From: Obrimoposthia wandeli
Lineage: Eukaryota
Length of the DNA stretch: 64,000 bases
NCBI GenBank assembly: GCA_977020255.1
Contig: CDROCS010004705.1
Span: forward strand, 62,001 to 126,000
Direction: 5' to 3'
Shown here: piece by piece, positions 21,216-33,749 of the stretch
Layout: every line of letters begins with the position of its first letter
Position numbering within the stretch: position 1 is the first letter of the stretch
Made by a program: the position numbers and the translations under genes
The notes under the pieces: model-generated
The model's database searches: none
What the model saw: the letters and a program-made list of their open reading frames with translations, nothing else
Told to the model about the DNA's origin: nothing

Positions 21216-21442
21216 AAAGGTATAATTGCCCACCCTTTAGGGCGTGAACTTGATAGCACCAATAGTCACTAGAAATACCCCGCATCCGTAAGTGAAGTCG
21301 AGGCTAAGCGAGAAGGCCGCTCCGGGGATCATTATTGAGACAAAGCTCTTCTAAAAAGAAATCATAAAAGATGACTAAGTAATTGTTATATAGTCTAAAC
21401 TGATGCCAATGTGTAGATCATGCTATTGCGATAAGGAAAAAT

Positions 21443-22182
21443 ATGAGTACTCGATTATTAAATAAAACAGCGTTAGTCACAGGAGCAGGGCAAGGTATTG
21501 GCCGTGCTATAGCAGAATCTTTTGCTAATCAAGGTTGCACTGTGTGGGCTACCAATCGAAGCGTAGAAGTACTAAAAAACTTAGAGTCCCATGCGCTAAT
21601 TCACACTCTAGAGTTAGATGTCACTGATGTGAATAGTGTGCAGCAAGCGATTAAAACAATCGGCTGCGTTGATATTTTAGTAAACTGCGCCGGGTATGTC
21701 GCTAATGGCACTATTTTAGATTGCAGCCAAAGCGATTTACAGCGCTCATTAGAGGTCAATCTATGGGGCGCTTTTAATGTAACAAGTGCCTGTTTACCTT
21801 ACATGATAAAAAATCAACAAGGCTCAATTATCAATGTTGCCTCGGTAGTCTCGAGCATTGCCGCCGCTAGAGAACGCTTTGCTTATGGCACCAGCAAAGG
21901 CGCGTTAATAGGGTTTACAAAATCCGTTGCATTAGATTATATCAATGAGGGGATTCGCTGTAACGCGATCTGCCCAGGTACTATTTCTACCCCGGGTTTA
22001 CAAGATCGTATTAAAGATAGCGCTGACCCAGATGCTACTTTAGCGATGTTAGCCGGGCGTCATAAACGAAATGGCTGAAGTACAAGAACGAGGTGGGTTG
22101 AAGCTGTGCCTACCTGGTAGTTATGAACAGCGCATTTATGAGCGGCCAAACTATGGTGATTGATGGTGGTATGACACTTTAA
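21443..22182 (+). pseudogene. SDR oxidoreductase (BDH2/DHRS6, 2-keto-3-deoxy-fuconate dehydrogenase-like), frameshifted near the 3' end
   Basis: TGAGQGIG, NCAG, YGTSK catalytic motif, RCNAICPG; C-terminus AFMSGQTMVIDGGMTL* resumes in another frame and ends at 22182. Confidence 0.85.
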
Positions 22183-22266
22183 AGTGTTGTGTATATAAGC
22201 ACCCCAATATTAGAATACACACAGCACTATAGCCTCTATTACCACTGTATCTATTAGGTTTTTTAA

Positions 22267-23022
22267 ATGACGTTAGCTGTTTTTGTTTATTTGTTTTTTG
22301 CAGGCGTCTTATGTGGTGCAATTAATGCGGTAGCAGGTGGCGCTACCTTAATTGGTTTTCCTGTATTGATGAGCGTTGGGCTGTCGCCGAGCGTAGCAAA
22401 TGCCAGTAATTTTTTGGCCACTATGCCTGGTTATGCCGCAGCGATTGGCTCTTATGTTAAAGAAATAAGGCGCATGAAAAAAGCAATTATTCCGATGATT
22501 GTCGCCAGTGTTATAGGAGGAGCCTTAGGGTCAATTATTTTAATCGTCAGCCCCAGCGATATTTTTGTACTATTAACCCCCTATCTCTTGTTAGTGGCTA
22601 CCTTGTTGTATGCATTGGGTGGTGCTTTAAATAAATTCATTACTACCCGATATAAAGCCAATCTAAAAAATAGTCGTATTGGTCAATGTATTATCTTTAC
22701 GTTTTCTATCTATGGCGGTTATTTTGGCGCGGGTCTGGGTATTATTATTTTATCGATTTTAAAAGTGATTGGTTACGATGATTTTCATGAATCAAATGCC
22801 ATAAAAAGCATCATGATTACGATTGTTTCACTCTTAAGTATCGCTATCTTTATTATGGGTGGATTAATTTCGTGGCCTGAATCTCTGGTGATGATGGTAG
22901 GCTCTGCGTTAGGTGGTTATAAAGCGGCTAAATATGCAAAGCATGTACCTCAGCAATTATTAAAGAAGGCCATCATCGTGATTGGCTTATCTTTTTCAGC
23001 TTATTATTTTTACGCAGCTTAA
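22267..23022 (+). CDS. Sulfite exporter TauE/SafE family membrane protein
   Basis: GAINAVAGGATLIGFP and YGGYFGAGLG motifs; about 8 TM segments. Confidence 0.88.
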   Translation: MTLAVFVYLFFAGVLCGAINAVAGGATLIGFPVLMSVGLSPSVANASNFLATMPGYAAAIGSYVKEIRRMKKAIIPMIVASVIGGALGSIILIVSPSDIFVLLTPYLLLVATLLYALGGALNKFITTRYKANLKNSRIGQCIIFTFSIYGGYFGAGLGIIILSILKVIGYDDFHESNAIKSIMITIVSLLSIAIFIMGGLISWPESLVMMVGSALGGYKAAKYAKHVPQQLLKKAIIVIGLSFSAYYFYAA

Positions 23023-23122
23023 AGTTAAGTTATCTATAAAAAAAAGTGCTGTTAGCAAGAATCGGGTCGTTAAAAATTATGTGTTTGTTATCTTGTATTA
23101 AATATTAAAGAGAGGCATAAAA

Positions 23123-24040
23123 ATGCAAGTTCAAACTAATACCATTGATTTAAAATCAGCACTAATGCTGTTGGCATTGGCGCTTGTCTGGGGCGGTTCT
23201 TTCTTCTTCGCAGAAATTGCATTACAAGAAGTGCCCCCGTTAACTATCGCTTTGCATCGCGTGTTTTGGGCCGTGTTGGTGTTATTAGCGGTGGTACTGT
23301 ATCAGCGTATAAAATTTCCAACAGCGACTAAAACATGGTTATGTTATTTGGTGATGGGGGCGTTAAACAATGCTATCCCATTCTCACTGATCTTTTGGGG
23401 GCAAACACATATAGGCAGCGGTTTAGCGTCTATTTTAAATAGCACCACCGCTTTTTTTGGCATACTGGTCGCCAGTGTTTTTCTGGTGAACGAGTCACTG
23501 ACCAAACATAAACTCATAGGTGCGCTATTTGGAATGTGTGGGGTTGCTGCCATTATTGGCTTTGATTCAATCGCCCATTTTGATTTGAAAAATCTATCGC
23601 AACTAGCGATATTAGGGGCAGCATTATCTTATGCATTAGCGGGTGTGTGGGGTAAGTTATTTTTAGCTGATAACCCACCTATTATGAATGCATTAGGTAT
23701 GTTGATGGGCAGTTTAGTGTGGCTTGTTCCGCTAGCTATGTATTTTGATGGAGTGCCAACATTGTCTTTATCAAGTTCGGTGTGGGCTTCGTTATTTGCT
23801 ATTGCGGTGCTTTCTACCTCTATTGCTTACATTCTCTATTTTAAAATTTTAGTGCGCGCAGGCTCGGCTAATTTGATGTTAGTGACTTTGTTGATTCCAC
23901 CTTTTGCGATAGCGCTCAGTGTGATTTTTTTAGACGAGAAATTAACAGAGCAAACTTGGTTAGGCTTTGCTTTAATCGCGGTAGGCTTAATTATTAATGA
24001 TGGTAGAGGTGTGAAGTGGTTGTTCAATAAACGCGTTTAA
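23123..24040 (+). CDS. DMT/EamA family transporter
   Basis: LALVWGGSF, NNAIPFSL..WGQ..I.SGLASILN duplicated EamA pattern; about 10 TMs. Confidence 0.9.
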   Translation: MQVQTNTIDLKSALMLLALALVWGGSFFFAEIALQEVPPLTIALHRVFWAVLVLLAVVLYQRIKFPTATKTWLCYLVMGALNNAIPFSLIFWGQTHIGSGLASILNSTTAFFGILVASVFLVNESLTKHKLIGALFGMCGVAAIIGFDSIAHFDLKNLSQLAILGAALSYALAGVWGKLFLADNPPIMNALGMLMGSLVWLVPLAMYFDGVPTLSLSSSVWASLFAIAVLSTSIAYILYFKILVRAGSANLMLVTLLIPPFAIALSVIFLDEKLTEQTWLGFALIAVGLIINDGRGVKWLFNKRV

Positions 24041-24081
24041 CAAAGGTGCAATAGCATGAGTTAAGCTTGGGTAAGAAATAA

Positions 24082-24109
24082 AGAAACGCCTCGAAGATGG
24101 GGCGCTTCT
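24082..24109. terminator. Probable terminator between convergent DMT and ABC genes
   Basis: AGAAACGCCTC...GGGGCGCTTCT imperfect hairpin. Confidence 0.5.
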
Positions 24110-24121
24110 CGTTAAAACCGC

Positions 24122-24883
24122 TTAAGACTTTAAGCGATATCCTGTTCTAAATATCCAGTAAGTGCCGGCTAAGCAAATAAGTAAAAACAAAAATGTCATA
24201 CTTAAACTTAAGCCAATGCTGACGTCAGCTACCCCATAAAATGACCATCTAAAGCCACTGATTAAATACACCACAGGGTTGAATAACGTCAGTGTCTGCC
24301 AAGGTTCAGGCAACATACTAATCGAGTAAAAAGCACCGCCTAAGAAAGTTAAAGGGGTGACAATCATCAGGGGTATGATTTGTAATTTTTGAAAATCATC
24401 TGCCCATATACCAATCATAAAACCAAATAAGCTAAAGGTAATTGAGGTAAGCACTAAAAAGACAACCATCCAAAATGGGTGTTCAATGCTGTAATCAACA
24501 AAAATTCTCGCGGTAATCAGTGTCACAATACCTAGCACAATCGATTTTGTAGCAGCGGCGCCAACGTAGCCTACGACAATTTCAAAAGGCGAGACGGGCG
24601 CTGATAGCACTTCGTAAATTGTGCCTGAAAATTTAGGAAAGAAAATGCCAAAAGATGCGTTAGATATGCTTTGGCTCAAAAGCGATAACATCACTAAGCC
24701 TGGGATAATAAAAGCGCCGTAGCTGACGTTATCTATATCGCCCATGCGTGAGCCGATGGCTGATCCAAATACTACAAAATAAAGTGATGTAGATAAAACA
24801 GGTGAAGCTAAGCTTTGCGTTAAAGTGCGCCAAGCACGTGCCATTTCAAACAGATAGATTGCTTTCATGCCGTACCAATTCAT
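24122..24883 (-). CDS. ABC-2 type exporter permease (YadH-like)
   Basis: [23 protein letters not shown] and [11 protein letters not shown] motifs. Confidence 0.9.
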   Translation of the reverse strand: MNWYGMKAIYLFEMARAWRTLTQSLASPVLSTSLYFVVFGSAIGSRMGDIDNVSYGAFIIPGLVMLSLLSQSISNASFGIFFPKFSGTIYEVLSAPVSPFEIVVGYVGAAATKSIVLGIVTLITARIFVDYSIEHPFWMVVFLVLTSITFSLFGFMIGIWADDFQKLQIIPLMIVTPLTFLGGAFYSISMLPEPWQTLTLFNPVVYLISGFRWSFYGVADVSIGLSLSMTFLFLLICLAGTYWIFRTGYRLKS

Positions 24884-24953
24884 ACTGTATAACCTCTAAA
24901 AATGTGATAAATATTAAAAATATGGCTAGTAGATATTCGTTTCTGGATGGACG

Positions 24954-25874
24954 CTAGCTATGTACTAAACTGACAAAAATCTCTTCTAATGAACTCTCAG
25001 ATGAATGCAAATCTTTGACCTGTAAGTTGGCATTATTAAGCTCAACTAATAAACCGGCAATGCCATTTTCTTGCGCTTGCATGTCATAACTGTATTGAAT
25101 TTTGTAACCGGTGCTATCAAGTTGTAATTGATATTCAGCCAATGACTCTGGAAGCACTTCAATCGCTTGTTGTAATTGAATTTCTAATGTCTTTTTACCT
25201 AGCTTACTAATCAGCGCCGATTTTTCTTCTACTAAAATGATTTGGCCATTATTAATAACGCCAATTCTATCAGCCATCTCTTCAGCTTCTTCAATGTAAT
25301 GGGTGGTGAGTAAAATAGTCACGCCGCTATCACGTAACTCTCTGACCATTTGCCACATATCACGGCGTAGCTCAACATCGACACCGGCGGTGGGCTCATC
25401 TAAAAATAAAATGGTAGGCTCGTGTGATAGCGCTTTGGCAATCATCACGCGTCGTTTCATACCACCTGACAGCTCACGGATTTTGGCATCTTTTTTATCC
25501 CATAAAGACAGTTGGCGTAGGATTTTTTCGATATAGTTATTATCAGGTGCTTTGCCGAACAAGCCGCGGCTAAATTTAACGGTAGCAAAGACACTTTCAA
25601 AAGCGTCAGTGGTCAGCTCTTGCGGCACTAACCCAATTTTACTGCGCGCTGCTTTGTAATCGCTAATGATGTCTGAGCCATCGGCTATGACACTGCCGCT
25701 AGTTGAGTTGACGATGCCACAAATAATGCTGATGAGCGTGGTTTTACCCGCGCCATTGGGGCCTAATAGCGCGAAAATCTCGCCTCGATTAATATCTAAA
25801 TTAATATCACTGAGTGCCTTAAAACCTGATTGGTAAGTTTTGTTTAAATCTTTAATGTTAATAATAGAGGGCAC
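24954..25874 (-). CDS. ABC-2 exporter ATP-binding protein (YadG-like)
   Basis: [33 protein letters not shown]. Confidence 0.92.
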   Translation of the reverse strand: MPSIINIKDLNKTYQSGFKALSDINLDINRGEIFALLGPNGAGKTTLISIICGIVNSTSGSVIADGSDIISDYKAARSKIGLVPQELTTDAFESVFATVKFSRGLFGKAPDNNYIEKILRQLSLWDKKDAKIRELSGGMKRRVMIAKALSHEPTILFLDEPTAGVDVELRRDMWQMVRELRDSGVTILLTTHYIEEAEEMADRIGVINNGQIILVEEKSALISKLGKKTLEIQLQQAIEVLPESLAEYQLQLDSTGYKIQYSYDMQAQENGIAGLLVELNNANLQVKDLHSSESSLEEIFVSLVHS

Positions 25875-26017
25875 AAATTCTCCTTGAATGATGATTGCGC
25901 GAGCTGTTTTAAGCTGGGATGATAGGGCGATATAGATCGCTGGTTAAATATAACGATAATAGCGATAATATGATGCAAATTTCTCTAATAAGTTAACAAA
26001 TATCAGTTGAGCCTTAC

Positions 26018-27364
26018 ATGTTAAATACTCCCTTTGCTAAAAAGCCTTTGCAAGACTGGCAGCAGTCGCATCCTTTATTGTTAACTTTGTGTACTACACA
26101 GCCCACATTTTGGGTTAACGCACAGTACCAAAGCATGAACGATCTATCTTTAAGCTTAACGATGGATGACATTGAACTTGCCAGTGCACGCCTCTCTCGA
26201 TTTGCGCCTTATATGACGCAGGTATTTGCTCAAACCCGAGAGACCAACGGTATTATCGAATCCCCATTGGTAGAGATTGAGCAGTTTAAAGAGGCTTTAT
26301 CACAACTAACAGGTACTGATCTTTATGGTAAATTACTGCTCAAATGTGATAGCCATCTTCCTATTTCAGGCTCTGTGAAAGCGCGCGGTGGCATTTATGA
26401 AATAATTAAGCTTGCTGAAACCATCGCCATTGAAGCTGGGTTATTAACCTGTGATGATGATTATTCTAAATTAGATACGCTAGCGTTTAAGCAGCTGTTC
26501 TCAAAGCATAGCGTGGTAGTAGGTTCAACCGGTAACTTAGGTTTAAGCATCGGCATTATGAGTGCACAGTTGGGCTTTAAAGTGACAGTACACATGTCAG
26601 CAGATGCACGAGATTGGAAAAAGAAATTATTGCGCTCAAAAGGCGTGATAGTAGTGGAATATGAAGAAGATTATTCAAAAGCGGTTGAGCAAGGCAGAAA
26701 AGAAGCATTAGCCACCGCCTTGTGCCATTTTGTCGATGATGAAAATTCGCAAGATTTATTTTTAGGTTACGCTGTCGCAGCATTGTGCTTAGAGCAACAG
26801 CTAAAAGACCAGCAAATTAAAGTTGATGCAGCGCACCCGTTGTTTGTTTACTTACCTTGTGGCGTAGGTGGAGCACCGGGTGGTATTGGCTTTGGTTTAA
26901 AGCAAGTGTTTGGTGATCATGTACATGTCTTTTTTGCAGAGCCATGCACAGCACCTTGTATGTTATTGGGTATGTATACACAATTACACGATGAAATCTG
27001 TGTGCAAGAAATTGGCATTGATGGCGTTACTTGTGCCGATGGTCTAGCAGTAGGGCGACCGTCTGCGTTTGTAGGACGTTTTATGCAGCCTATACTCAGT
27101 GGTATTTATACGCTCAGTGATGATGAAATGTATCGCTCGCTCGCTTTGATGAAAGACACACAAGACATTGCATTAGAGCCATCAGCCTTGGCCGGTGCTG
27201 TGGGTATACAACGTGTGTTAACTCAAGGGCAAGATTATATAAGCCAGCAAGGTTTAACATCAGTCATGAAAAATGCAACACATATAGCCTGGGCGACCGG
27301 TGGGAATATGGTGCCAGAAGATGAGCGAGAGAAATATTACCAAACAGGTAAATCACTTCTTTAA
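26018..27364 (+). CDS. dsdA: D-serine ammonia-lyase
   Basis: [15 protein letters not shown]-lysine motif, [37 protein letters not shown]. Confidence 0.93.
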   Translation: MLNTPFAKKPLQDWQQSHPLLLTLCTTQPTFWVNAQYQSMNDLSLSLTMDDIELASARLSRFAPYMTQVFAQTRETNGIIESPLVEIEQFKEALSQLTGTDLYGKLLLKCDSHLPISGSVKARGGIYEIIKLAETIAIEAGLLTCDDDYSKLDTLAFKQLFSKHSVVVGSTGNLGLSIGIMSAQLGFKVTVHMSADARDWKKKLLRSKGVIVVEYEEDYSKAVEQGRKEALATALCHFVDDENSQDLFLGYAVAALCLEQQLKDQQIKVDAAHPLFVYLPCGVGGAPGGIGFGLKQVFGDHVHVFFAEPCTAPCMLLGMYTQLHDEICVQEIGIDGVTCADGLAVGRPSAFVGRFMQPILSGIYTLSDDEMYRSLALMKDTQDIALEPSALAGAVGIQRVLTQGQDYISQQGLTSVMKNATHIAWATGGNMVPEDEREKYYQTGKSLL

Positions 27365-27432
27365 AAACTAAGGAGCCATTTGTAGTGACATATATGTAGT
27401 AAACAGAGCAGTGGTTTCACTGCTTTGTTTTA

Positions 27433-27663
27433 TTAAGCTTTTCTTTGAACTAATAGCGCGCAAATTTTTTGCACAATAGGTGCAATAAAAACAACCGCGG
27501 GGAAAGCCACACAAAACGCGACAGCCCAAGACGTTAACCATTTTATTAATAAGCCATCGATGAAGCCCACATTGAGTAGCGTTAACACAAGCGACATAAT
27601 GCAAGACATAAACAACGCCATAAAAAACGGGAAATACAATCGCTCTAATCTATTCATCTTCAA
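27433..27663 (-). CDS. DUF2798-type small membrane protein
   Basis: FMALFMSCIMS...W...W..AF..AFP..P pattern typical of DUF2798. Confidence 0.75.
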   Translation of the reverse strand: MKMNRLERLYFPFFMALFMSCIMSLVLTLLNVGFIDGLLIKWLTSWAVAFCVAFPAVVFIAPIVQKICALLVQRKA

Positions 27664-27842
27664 CTACTCATGAATTAAAAAGAAGCGATTATAGCACTGG
27701 AAAAAAAGACATAGGTGTTTTATTTTGCGTGTATTTAGTTGATTTAAGATCAATTTAGTAATTAGGCGGGTGAATAATACAAGAGGCTTTTCTGTTGATC
27801 TCCCTCTAAAAGACACACGCTACGTTGTGCTTGGAATATAAT

Positions 27843-29564
27843 TTAGCGATCTTCAGCTACTTTAAAAATCATACTGCTTTGGTGCAAATCAACCGCTAAA
27901 CCAGCAAGTTCTTCGCCTGCAATTGTTGTTTGGCGAGTGGTTTCAGAGTTTTCTTCAGCAATATTGCGAATAATTAATACGTTAGTATTTATTTCTGAAA
28001 CTACCTTACTTTGTTCTTCAGCTGCCGTTGACACTTGATCATTAAACTCAGTGATAGTGTTGACTGAAAGGGTGATTTTTTCTAACGACAATTTTGCAAC
28101 ATCAGTGATCCCTAGCACTTCAGTTGTTTTATCACGGCTATTATTCATCATCTTCGAAGCATCCTCAGACCCTTTTTGCAGATTGGTTATTAGCTCGTTT
28201 ATTTGATCTGTTAATCCTTGGGTTCGACTTGCTAAGTCTCTTACTTCATCAGCTACGACAGCAAAACCTCTACCGGCAGATCCCGCGCGAGCAGCTTCAA
28301 TCGCAGCGTTAAGGGCCAGTAGATTGGTTTGTTTTGCCACTGATTGAATGGTATCTATCACACCTGAAATACCAATTGAATGAGCATTAAGTTCTTCTAC
28401 AATGATATTGGTTTTATCCATGTCATTTTCTAATTCACTCATCGCTGTTACGCTTTCAGCGATAGCGGCTGATCCTTCTTTGACCGCTTGTGTTGTCTCA
28501 CTCACTATTTCAGATGCACTACGCGTGACTTTCGCTACATCTTCAGCGGCATAAGATAATTCGTGTATAGCCGTAGCTACTTGATCAGTCTCCCTATATT
28601 GCTTTGATACCGCTTGGGTGTTTTGAAAAGATATGACAGATAGTTCTTCAGAGGCGGCGGCAAGTTGTGTTGAATTAGAGGCTACACTAGAAATAAAAGT
28701 GCTCAATGTTACAAAGAGCGCATTTAAATCGCGACCTAATTCCGCCACTTCATTATTACCTCTTTCATCAACTCTAAGCGTTAAATCAAGGTCATCATTG
28801 ATACGGCCAATGGTTACACGGGCCGCCGAGATTCTTTTTGTGATTGACCTAGAAATGTAGAAACCAATAAATAAAATGAATAAGGTAGATAGTGCACCAA
28901 TTAAAACAACTTGTTGAATTGCATCTTTTTCATGTTGTTCAGCTCGTAATCCTGAAGCGAGCGTAAATTCCTCTAACTCTCTGAGCAAATTTTCTAATAA
29001 ACGGTTCAATTCGCTTTCTTCTGTCTCTGTTTTTTCTGCTAATAGTTCGGCATCATGAAGCTGTTTAGCGTCAATTTTTGCCTGTATTTCATAAATATGT
29101 GATTCGAATAAGCTATGGCTTTTATCCAGTTTGTTTAGTTGCGCTGAAAATTCATGTAATTTAGTTTTATCGGCATTGTTAGTAGAGTGTTCTTCTAAAG
29201 TGTTAATGAATTTTTCTGTATCAGCAAAGACAGTACTAATTTTCTTAGAAAGTTCTTTAAAGTGATGCGTTGCCTTATCATATTTTTTTTGAGCACTTTG
29301 CTGTTCTTCTTTAGACAGATTCAACAGTACGCCGTAGTGAAGCATTCGTTCAAATTCAATAGATTGCTCTAATTGCTGGATTGTGATTTCGGTAACCATT
29401 ATTGAGAGAGGAATATTCTCTTCGGCAACACTGACTAATTCTTTTTTAATGGCGAATAATTGTATAATAGTGGTAGAAATTACAAGCAGCAGCCCAATAA
29501 TAGCGATAGTACAAAATGTAAATAGCTGTTGCTTAATAGTCAAGATTTTCAATAAATTCATCAT
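27843..29564 (-). CDS. Methyl-accepting chemotaxis protein (helical periplasmic sensor + HAMP)
   Basis: Two TMs, DLTLRV...[41 protein letters not shown]. Confidence 0.93.
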   Translation of the reverse strand: MMNLLKILTIKQQLFTFCTIAIIGLLLVISTTIIQLFAIKKELVSVAEENIPLSIMVTEITIQQLEQSIEFERMLHYGVLLNLSKEEQQSAQKKYDKATHHFKELSKKISTVFADTEKFINTLEEHSTNNADKTKLHEFSAQLNKLDKSHSLFESHIYEIQAKIDAKQLHDAELLAEKTETEESELNRLLENLLRELEEFTLASGLRAEQHEKDAIQQVVLIGALSTLFILFIGFYISRSITKRISAARVTIGRINDDLDLTLRVDERGNNEVAELGRDLNALFVTLSTFISSVASNSTQLAAASEELSVISFQNTQAVSKQYRETDQVATAIHELSYAAEDVAKVTRSASEIVSETTQAVKEGSAAIAESVTAMSELENDMDKTNIIVEELNAHSIGISGVIDTIQSVAKQTNLLALNAAIEAARAGSAGRGFAVVADEVRDLASRTQGLTDQINELITNLQKGSEDASKMMNNSRDKTTEVLGITDVAKLSLEKITLSVNTITEFNDQVSTAAEEQSKVVSEINTNVLIIRNIAEENSETTRQTTIAGEELAGLAVDLHQSSMIFKVAEDR

Positions 29565-30424
29565 AATTAGCTCTCACAAGAGATGTGTTACACATTGATA
29601 ACCTTGCCCTATAGAAGGGAAGCTTTGTGTGAAATTTATTCAGATGTAAGTCCTAGTAAAGCTGCTCTGGTAATTCGATAGGAGTATGCAAATGAGTGTA
29701 TGTAAAAATTAGCACATGTTTATGATTTTTCCACTGGCGCGTATTTCGTCATTGGGGAGAAATTCAAGTACTTACAACCCTGTAAACCGTATCAGTAAAT
29801 GTGGAACAAGAAGTGAAGTGCCAAGAGTAAAAGCATAGAGAGGGGCCTGTGTCTAAATAGAAATTTATGATATTTTTTAAAGTGCCCTGCTATATTTGCA
29901 AAACAAGAGTGATCTTAAGGGCCCTTTGTTTTGAATTTATAAGAAAAAACCTGATGTTATTATCTTCAATAAAGTAGATTTTTTATAATTATTATAAAAA
30001 ATTGTTTAGAGTCAAATAGTGTAGAAATACAAGTGGTTATTATGGCTCTATCGTTCCCTGTACCGGAGATCAGCTCTATAATTAATATGCTGGAATTATA
30101 TTGTGGCAACAGGGGCTTTTGTCAAAAAATCAACTAAGCTAATAAAGTGATATTTTTATAAAACATTCTATTTACTTAAGAGTTTCCTCTATAAATTATA
30201 GTATGACAATTGCTTTGTATAAACGTGAGAGTGTTTATTTTCAATATATTTGGCTTTGAATATTAGTGCTTTTAACAATGATGCTCCAGTAACATTTATT
30301 AACAGTCGCTCTTTATTTTCGAAGTTAACTGCCTTTCAGGATCCATTTGATAGAGAAACCATGAGGCTTTTAAATTTAGCTATCTAGAGAATCAACATGG
30401 GTGCAGCTCATTTAGAGTAGTGAA

Positions 30425-32730
30425 ATGGTGTATGTGATGACAAAGAATGTTGAGAAAAATGCTGACCTGCTAAAGAAAATTGAACAATTAAATGCTGAAC
30501 TTTTATCAGTGCATCGCACTACACAAGCCCGTGCGGCGCAGCTTTATGATATCGAAGAACGTTTTGCAATGGCCATGCGTAGCGCGAGCGATGGGATATG
30601 GGACTGGAATTTAGAAACAAATGAAGTGTATTACTCGGCCCGTTGGAAAAGCATGCTTGGCTATGAAGAGGATGAACTTGAACCTACCTTGGACACATGG
30701 GAAGCATTGGTACATCACGAAGAAAGAGACGCAGTCTTATTAAAAGTAGAAGATTATTTAAGTGATCGAGCCGAGTATTTTGAAGTTAAAATGAGAATGT
30801 GTCATAAAGATGGGCATGTTGTTTTTGTGCGCTCAAGAGCGTTTAAAGTGATAAATGAGACAACTGGAGCGCCAATACGTTTAATTGGTACTCACGTTGA
30901 CATTAGTGCCTCAAAGAAAGCAGAGCAGTTCGATAAACGACATACTAAAATCATAGAAATGATAGCCAAAGGTGATCGAGCCTCCGAAATTTATGACGAA
31001 ATCGCTTTTTTATATGAGGAGCGGCATCCAGGGTTACGTTGCTCTATGCTCGAGTTAGAAGGCAATGTGCTGATGCATGGTGCTGCACCGAGTCTTCCAA
31101 AAAAATATTGTGAAGCCGTCAATGGTTTAGTCAACGGGCCGAGCGTTGGCTCTTGCGGAACATCAACTTATTTTGGCAAACGTGTATTAGTGCAAAATAT
31201 TGAAACTGATGCTAAATGGGCTGCATTAAAAAGTGTAGCGCTTCCCTTTGGTATGCGTTGTTGTTGGTCTGAGCCTATCAAAAATTCAGCAGGTGAGGTT
31301 CTCGGTGCTTTTGGTATGTATTTTGACTACCCGGCATTACCTAATAAAGAGCAATCAAACGATCTTATATCAGCCTCTAGACTGGCCGGTATTGTCATGG
31401 AGAGAGAGAAGAACCAGAAGCAAATGCGTGATTTAGCGTATAAAGATAAGCTGACAGGTCTTTCTAGTCGAGCGCACTTTTATTTAAACGTCGAAGAATT
31501 AATAATAAAATCAACAAGACAAAACCGAAAATTCAGTTTGCTGTATATCGATTTAGACAACTTTAAAGATGTTAACGATAGCCTTGGGCATGATGTAGGC
31601 GATTTATTGCTGAAAGAAGTCGCGCTTCGCTTGAGCCGTGCTTGTCGCGAAGTTGATTACATAGCACGCCTTAGTGGTGATGAGTTTTGCATTGTAGCCC
31701 ATGATATTAATGATGATTGCAGTGTTGCAGATCTAGCTCAACGTTGCCTCGATTTAGTCTCAATGCCGGTTGAATTTGTTGGTAGCAAATTCATACCAGC
31801 TTGCAGCATTGGAATAGCCAATTTTCCTGAAAACGCAGATGATATACAAACCCTTTTAAAAACAGCCGATACCGCTTTGTATTCAGCCAAAGATTTAGGT
31901 AAAAATTGTTATGCCTTTTATCAAGAAGAAATGACACGCCGAGCTGAGTATCGATTTAAGGTAGAACAATACTTAAGACAAGCGATAGAAAAACAAGAAC
32001 TATCAATAGTTTATCAGCCAAAAATAAATATGAACACGGGCGTTATAGAAGGTGTTGAGGCGCTATCACGTTGGTCTCATCCTGAGCTTGGAGAAGTGCC
32101 ACCGATTGAGTTTATCCGCATAGCTGAACAAATAGGTATGATAAAACCATTGACTGAATGGGTATTGAAAACGGCCTGCCAGCAAGTAAAACAGTGGAAA
32201 AATGCAGGTTATCAGCCTATACGGATGGCGGTAAATATTTCCCCTACGCATTTTCTGGACAGTGAATTAGTGCCTCTGGTTAAACGCGTTATTGATGAAA
32301 CAGATATGGTAGCAAGCGAGCTTGAACTTGAAGTGACAGAAGGTGTTGTACAAACCAACATAGAAAATCTAGATGCTTTTGAACGAATAAAAGAATTGGG
32401 CGTTTTATTAGCCATTGATGATTTTGGTACCATATTCATCTTTAAAGAATTTACTCTAAACATTTCAGTGTCGATTTTTTAAAGATAGATAAATATTTTG
32501 TTGATGAAATACTGATAGATAAAAAGTCTCATATTCTGATTAAATCAATGATCGAATTAGGGCATAGTCTGGGTTATAAAATCACGGCTGAAGGCATTGA
32601 AATTCATGAACAATTAAAAGTGCTTAAGGAGCTTGGCTGTGATTCAGCATGGGTACGATTCAGCAAAGCGGTCGCTCCCTACCGCATATACTGTATTATT
32701 GATCAAAGTAGTCTTGAACATAGCCATTAG
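30425..32730 (+). pseudogene. PAS-GAF-GGDEF-EAL c-di-GMP signalling protein; EAL domain frameshifted near 32425-32480
   Basis: DGIWDWN PAS_3, GSCGTS GAF, DLDNFK.VND.LGH and SGDEF, VEAL; DDFGT is not followed by GYSS, and LKIDK...AEGIE resumes in another frame. Confidence 0.85.
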
Positions 32731-32828
32731 CGTAATGGGTTACACACTAATAATCGCCAATAACCAAAGCAGGGATGCGTTTTGAGTTTAAAGCCAAGCT
32801 CATTACTTTAAGGGCTAACAAAAAAAGT

Positions 32829-33749
32829 TTATGCAAAGAGTTCAAGATCTAAATCATTGAATACCACTAATGCACCGTGCTGCATAATAACCTGAGAGGC
32901 CAGAGCATGGCCGGCTTGTATGGAAGATTCACTACAATAACCGCGCAATTTCGCCGCTAAAAACCCCGCATTAAAAGAATCTCCCGCTGCCGTACTATCA
33001 ATAGGTGTTAAGCTTTCAAACGACAGCGTTTTGCTCTTGCCCTTACTTTGAACAGTGCAGCTTTGCGCACCATTTTTAATGACTATATTCGCAATATTTA
33101 AAGCTTGAAAATGCTGCGCTATCACCTTGTGGTCTGCTTTATTTAAGTCATATAAGTTCACTTCATCGTCTAAGCTAGGCAAGTAAGTATCAACGAAAGG
33201 GAGTATTTTTTGTTGCCAATAAAGTGCCTGCTGTCTGCCTTGCCAAAGTGCTGGTCGATAATTGTTATCAAAGGCAATATGGATACCTTTTTCTTGCAGC
33301 GCCGTTAATAGAGACAGTAAATTGGCTCTGCCTTGCTGTTCTAATACAGCCACTGAAATAAGCGATAAATAAAACAATTGAACCTCTTCAAAATGCTGTA
33401 ACCAAAGCGCGAGATCAAAATCGTTAAGTAATGATCTTGCCGCTGAATTTTCCCGCCAATAGCTAAAGCTTCGCTCACCTAGTTGATCAGTTTGAATGGT
33501 GTAAATGCCGGGGTTTTTATCAGGTATTTCGCGTACTAAACGGGTATCAATACCTAACTGATTCCATTGTTTTAATAGCCATTGGCTTTGTTTATCAGTA
33601 CCTAGGGCAGTTGCATAAGCACAATCAATACCAAGCAATGTTAAATAATAAGCGGTGTTAAAAGTGTCACCTCCAAAGCCAAATAATGCTTGTGGATAAT
33701 CCTGGATTTTAACTTCCAGCATACACTCGCCTAGGGAAACAACTTTCAT
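32829..33749 (-). CDS. kdgK: PfkB family sugar kinase, 2-dehydro-3-deoxygluconokinase-like
   Basis: LGECMLE, GGDTFNTAYYL, YWRENSAAR, FDNNYRP.LW, DSTAAGDSFNAGF. Confidence 0.8.
   Translation of the reverse strand: MKVVSLGECMLEVKIQDYPQALFGFGGDTFNTAYYLTLLGIDCAYATALGTDKQSQWLLKQWNQLGIDTRLVREIPDKNPGIYTIQTDQLGERSFSYWRENSAARSLLNDFDLALWLQHFEEVQLFYLSLISVAVLEQQGRANLLSLLTALQEKGIHIAFDNNYRPALWQGRQQALYWQQKILPFVDTYLPSLDDEVNLYDLNKADHKVIAQHFQALNIANIVIKNGAQSCTVQSKGKSKTLSFESLTPIDSTAAGDSFNAGFLAAKLRGYCSESSIQAGHALASQVIMQHGALVVFNDLDLELFA

Noticed and set aside
21216-21345. c-di-GMP or other known riboswitch
   Set aside because: The conserved GEMM core motifs are not recognisable; the sequence fits an IS-end/REP derivative better.
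26018-27364. dsdA without adjacent dsdC/dsdX as a novelty
   Set aside because: Stand-alone dsdA is plausible and nothing in the sequence indicates a new function.
29565-30424. Long AT-rich intergenic gap as hidden ncRNA or array
   Set aside because: No repeats, strong hairpins or RBS-led ORF found by eye; consistent with a divergent promoter region.
5250-32730. Programmed frameshifting or phase variation to explain the four broken genes
   Set aside because: Each break has several indels in tens of bases, with no single slippery site or simple-sequence tract. The pattern fits sequencing/assembly error.
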